Shown: one piece after another, positions 59,582-64,000 of the stretch
Position numbering within the stretch: position 1 is the first letter of the stretch
Layout of the letters: every line of letters begins with the position of its first letter
NCBI GenBank assembly: GCA_009103225.1
Contig: RHPI01000732.1
Location: forward strand, 108,482-172,481
DNA: 64,000 bases
Direction: 5' to 3'
Source: Chlorokybus atmophyticus
Lineage: Eukaryota > Plantae > Mesostigma and Chlorokybus algae
Notes under the pieces: model-generated
Told to the model about the DNA's origin: nothing
Database searches by the model: none
Seen by the model: the letters and a program-made list of their open reading frames with translations, nothing else
Position numbers and translations under genes: made by a program

Positions 59582-62209
59582 ATGGCGGCGGCAGCGGCAG
59601 CGGCAGCGGCGGCGGCATTGTCGTCGTCGTCGTCTGGGGCGGGGGCAGTAGCTGCGCGCTTGTCTCCGCTGCCATTATCGTCATCTGCTTCCTCTTCGTC
59701 CTCGCCGGGGCCTTCCTACCAGCTCAGGCAAGCAGTGCGTTTGCCTTCAAGGAGGAAGCAGCAGAAGCAGCACAGCAGGCGGCAGGCTGTTGCGACTGCG
59801 GAGCCAGCGTTTGGCTACGTGGCAGCCTCTACTACCGCCGCCTCATCCGCCCTGCCAGCTGTTCCGAACAGCTTGGCCGTCGCTGCAGCTGTCGTCGGCG
59901 GCGTGGCACTGGCAGCCTTGCTGGCGAAGAGCTTTGACAGGGGATCAAGAAAATACGTTCAGGTCAGACACACGCACGCACGTATGCACGTAGCATTACT
60001 ACCTCAACAAGGAATTCATTGAAAATTGTTGGTTGCTTAATTTGGTTCACAAGTGCTTGTCGATACGTACAATTCCCATTTGTTTTCTTACCACACACTT
60101 TTAGCTCCTGTGTTCAGGGGTGTTCAGCCAATTAGCGCTGCATTGCCAAACTTAGTATTTTTACCATACAGCCTACCAATGTCTTGATGTGGCACATTGG
60201 TGCTTGTGCATGTGTCATTGCATGCAAGTGTGGCATTGTGATGCAGTGTGTAATGTTTTGTTGTTGGCCACATTGCAGGGCGAGAACACTGTGGGCAGCG
60301 AGTACGATGCATGGACAGAGGAGGGCGTGCTGGAGTCGTACTGGGGTGAGCACATCCACCTGGGGTATTACAATGAGGAGGAGAGGAGGAAAGGTTACAT
60401 CTTCAAAGACTTCAAACAGGTGCGGAGCAATATGAACAGCGAGTGTGTATGCACTTATACACAGCGCCACTGATTGCCCTTGCAAGCATGTTCTAAGTTG
60501 GGTCATACATACAGAGCGCAGACCCCCACTTGACAGCAAACAGCATGAGCCCATTTGCCACAGTGTATGCTTAATAAGCACGCAAAAGTCTTTTGCCAAA
60601 AGTGACGCAGACACTATGCGAAGCCCGTACACGCATGTGAAAGAACACAGATGCAAGACTTACTCGCTTCTTTGCTGTTGTTGTGTTGGGGCAGCTAACA
60701 AACAACTTAGCTAATGTAATCTCACAGGCATTCATGCGGACCAATAAAGTCACGCTCATGTCACACCATTGGTTGTCTGATGCCTCTGTGTTGTATTGGG
60801 GCAGGCCAAGTTTGACTTTGTGGACGAGATGCTGAACTGGTCTGGAGCCTCGCAACCCGCGCGCATTCTGGATGTCGGCTGCGGCATTGGCGGCACCAGC
60901 AGGCACCTCGCCAAGAAGTTCCCAGGAGCAAAGGTAATGGGCATGTGGGTCATCACAGTATACAGTGCCTGCAAGTGGGAAAACAACAGTTCAGACTAGT
61001 GGTCGGTATGGCGAGTAAGGGTGTGATGTCTCTTGGTGTCTTTGTGTCATTGTTGGTGCATGCTTTGTGTTGTTTGGTAATATAGCAAGCAGGACATTGA
61101 ACACCCTGTATGTGTGCAGGTGCAGGGCATTACACTCTCACACAACCAGCAACAGCGTGGGACACAGCTTGCAGCTGAGCAGGGGGTTCCCAATGCCGGT
61201 GAGTGCAGGTGGTTGTTGAGCCAAGTTAATCAACATGCATCAAGAAGCGAAGTAGTTTCGGGATGCATTCAACATCAACTCTATTGGTTGCTGTGCAGAG
61301 TTCCTGGTGATGGATGCGCTTGCCATGGAGTTTGAGGACGACACTTTCGATCTTGTGTGGGCCTGCGAGTCCGGAGAGCATATGCCGGACAAGAGGAAAT
61401 ATGTGGAGGAGATGACGCGAGTTTTGAAACCTGGCGGCACGCTGGTAAGCTTGATTGCCAGCCTTTGAGCATCTTTGCCTTTTATATAAGGCACACATGT
61501 GCACCAGTGCTTGCGTGTACAATCTGCACGGGTACGCGCCTCATGGACAGACACACGTTAAAGAGTCACATAAAGACATGCGCGTGCATGTGTGTGCACG
61601 CATGCGCCTGGGTGGGTGCGTGCGTGCATATGTGTGGAGCAATCACGTTCCGGCCATGTGCAGTTGCAATAACTACATATATCCATGTACATGTACGCAT
61701 GCGCACATGTTGAGTGCATCACTAGCACACACGCACTAGCGTGCGGCTGATGTGCGCATGTTTGCATGCGCATGCGTATTCAACTCTCATGCAAGCAGGT
61801 AATTGCGTGCTGGTGTCAGAAGGAGGCGGAGACCTTCACGCAAACAGAGGAGAAGGCTTTGCAATTCCTTTACGACGAGTGGGCCCACCCGCACTTCATC
61901 TCAATAGATCAGTTTGTACGCTACATGGAGGGGACCGGCAAGCTCACTAATGTTGGTTCAGCTAACTGGGTTGATGAGACTGTCGACAGCTGGCTGCACT
62001 CCATCTGGGTCGGCGTGGTCAACCCCTTCCCTGTCATCATCCGCCCGCACATATGGTGGAAGACCATACGCGAGATTGTCACCATCGTACGCATGCACAA
62101 CGCATTCAAGTCGGGCCTCATGACTTATGGCATGATGAAGGCCGTCAAGAAGCCGAATGCCTCCTCTCAGGCAAGCCAAGCGCGGCAGTTAGAACCTCTA
62201 GCAGTCTAG
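59582..62209 (+). CDS. MPBQ/MSBQ methyltransferase, cyanobacterial type (Sll0418-like; gamma-TMT superfamily), 6 exons
   Basis: Ala/Ser-rich transit peptide; EYDAWTEEGVLESYWGEHIHLGYY, DFKQAKFDFVDEML, LDVGCGIGG, WACESGEHMPDK, IACWCQ, FLYDEWAHPHFISI, SWLHSIWVGV. As recalled, these match the Chlamydomonas cyanobacterial-type MPBQ/MSBQ MT better than VTE4. Confidence 0.85.
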
Positions 62210-62528
62210 GCAGAGTAGTGGTTTCATTGTACCTGTTTATGAGTAGTACTTTGGTAAGTGCATGATGTAGACCACAGCATATGAAGCGTCAGAGAGCCTG
62301 TGGTTGATAATGTATGTGCCATTCTGTGCATTTCAGTCACCGAATGCCTTAATGCGTTGATACACTCGAACTGGGCAACTGATTTTGCGGCTGGAGGTTC
62401 TGTTGAGGTCTTCAAGGGCCGGCAGCCATGTTGGTGTGCTGCACATGCGTTGATGCTGTACGCTGCAATGGTACAGCTGTACGAAGTGTTCCCTTCAAAC
62501 TATATGCCTGTGTTTTTTGTAACTAGTG

Positions 62529-62738
62529 CTGACTGTTGTAATGCATGTCACCAGTCAGATACCCTGAAGTGAAGCGCGTATACTGAACCGGGCAAAACAT
62601 TTATTTTGTGCTGACTATTCTGACTGTTGTAATGCATGTCACCAGTCAGATACCCTGAAGTGAAGCGCGTATACTGAACCGGGCAAAACATTTATTTTGT
62701 GCTGACTATTCTAATACATGTCACCAGTCAGATACCCT
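62529..62738. repeat. 91-bp tandem repeat (~2.3 copies)
   Basis: CTGACTGTTGTAATGCATGTCACCAGTCAGATACCCTG recurs at 62529 and 62620, with a partial copy at ~62715. Confidence 0.9.
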
Positions 62739-63033
62739 GGGTTTAAGCGCGGATTCTGAGACGTGCAAAACGTTCATGTACAAAACTTTACATAGTCCTT
62801 GGTGTGAAGTTGCAGCCTTAGTACAGGCCACGTGTGCTGGCAGATGGCCTTCATCTCGGCTAGTATGCGCGCTATGGTAACCACGTCAAGAACCTAGATA
62901 ACAACAGCCGCTTTTCAGTACTTCCATTGATGTACGCAATTATGCTGCGATCGCAGCCAGCTCTGCCAGTCAAATCTTCTTGCGCAAGCATAGCATCTGT
63001 AAGTTATACTTGGCACAGATTACCATATATCAG

Positions 63034-64000
63034 TCAGAACCCTGGTGCAGCCTTCAAGTGTACAAGCTTTCTTCGCTTACGAGGCTTCATCGCCTGTTCA
63101 CTTCTCTGCTCATGACCCGTTCCCGGCTCTAGCAAAAAGTCAGTGACTTGCTCCATTGCTTGACTTGGTTGTGGAGCTCGACTGGTTGGAGTCGCCTCAA
63201 TGGCCGTTGTAACTGGTGCTGCAGGAGATGCAGTAGCCGGTGCATCTTCTGAAAGCATGTCTGAAAGTCTCATTGCAGCCGGCTTTGGGAGTGAGCTGTT
63301 GGCTGACGTGTTGTGCGCCGATGAACCAGACAGCTGTGATATGTCTTGCTGGCTGCTTGTCAAACTAGCCGAAGACGGTATGAGCCACTCATCGCGTTGA
63401 TTTCCATCGAGCATCGTTTCTTCTCCTGTCTGAGCTTCGCCAGCATCATGCGCGCTTGCAGAAAGTGAGTCACATGTTGCCCACGCTACATCGCCATCTG
63501 CAAAGGCCTGCTGCAACTCCTTGCACGCATCTTCATCAACACCATCTTCAACAGCATTCAAGTTGCCATGCACGGCTACATCGGCGACCAGTTGCAACTC
63601 CAGACAGGTCTGCTGCAACCCCTCGCGTATATCTTCAGCTATACCTTCTTTGTCAACGACCTCTTCATCAGCATTTTTATCCCCATGCGCGGCTACATCT
63701 GCACCCAGTTGCAACTCCTCACACACAACTACCAAATCCACTTCTCGATCATCGACCATCTTTGCGTCAGCGCTTCTGTTGGAAGGTGCAGCTGTGTCTG
63801 CAACCGGTTGCGACACTGAGTTCGGCACATCCCATATCCACTGCTGCACGCGCAAGGGTTCCAAAGTCTGACTGCTTGTTGAAGCCTCTTGACTTTGTGC
63901 GCTTGTCAAGACAGCTCGCACGTGATCGCTATATGCACTGTCGGGACAGATGTACTCTGCGCAACGTGCTTTCAACTCCAACAACCGCCTGTCATCTGCA
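63034..64000 (-). CDS. 3' exon of an unidentified acidic, low-complexity protein (continues beyond the window)
   Basis: 316-codon open frame, D/E/S/A-rich, with a basic C-terminus KPRKRRK (NLS-like). Confidence 0.55.
   Translation of the reverse strand, partial: ADDRRLLELKARCAEYICPDSAYSDHVRAVLTSAQSQEASTSSQTLEPLRVQQWIWDVPNSVSQPVADTAAPSNRSADAKMVDDREVDLVVVCEELQLGADVAAHGDKNADEEVVDKEGIAEDIREGLQQTCLELQLVADVAVHGNLNAVEDGVDEDACKELQQAFADGDVAWATCDSLSASAHDAGEAQTGEETMLDGNQRDEWLIPSSASLTSSQQDISQLSGSSAHNTSANSSLPKPAAMRLSDMLSEDAPATASPAAPVTTAIEATPTSRAPQPSQAMEQVTDFLLEPGTGHEQRSEQAMKPRKRRKLVHLKAAPGF

Noticed and set aside
59582-62209. Call as gamma-tocopherol methyltransferase VTE4
   Set aside because: Diagnostic segments fit the cyanobacterial-type MPBQ/MSBQ methyltransferase better.

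Overview
Eukaryotic, intron-rich scaffold (~50% GC, GT-AG introns, three N gaps plus one single N). Gene content suggests a green alga, probably a charophyte; this is inference. Host genes flank a ~40 kb island of nested transposons (~12.1-52.5 kb). Left flank: an unidentified gene fragment, a SUVH4/KYP-like SRA-SET H3K9 methyltransferase and a DOMON/cytochrome b561 gene. Right flank: an ABC1 atypical kinase head-to-head with a cyanobacterial-type MPBQ/MSBQ methyltransferase, then a truncated unknown ORF. The island resolves into two nesting stacks supported by target-site duplications. Stack 1: old gypsy > CACTA-like non-autonomous element > intron-containing pogo transposon > near-intact young chromovirus. 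Stack 2: old gypsy > copia > hAT, and old gypsy > solo LTR > a 10.8 kb gypsy. The standout is this last element. Although decayed, it encodes a C5 cytosine DNA methyltransferase domain (motifs I, IV, VI, VIII, IX/X recoverable across stops and frameshifts) directly upstream of RT. It also carries a C4HC3 PHD finger after integrase and ~3.4 kb of unassigned ORFs. All assignments are by-eye motif recognition; no searches were run.
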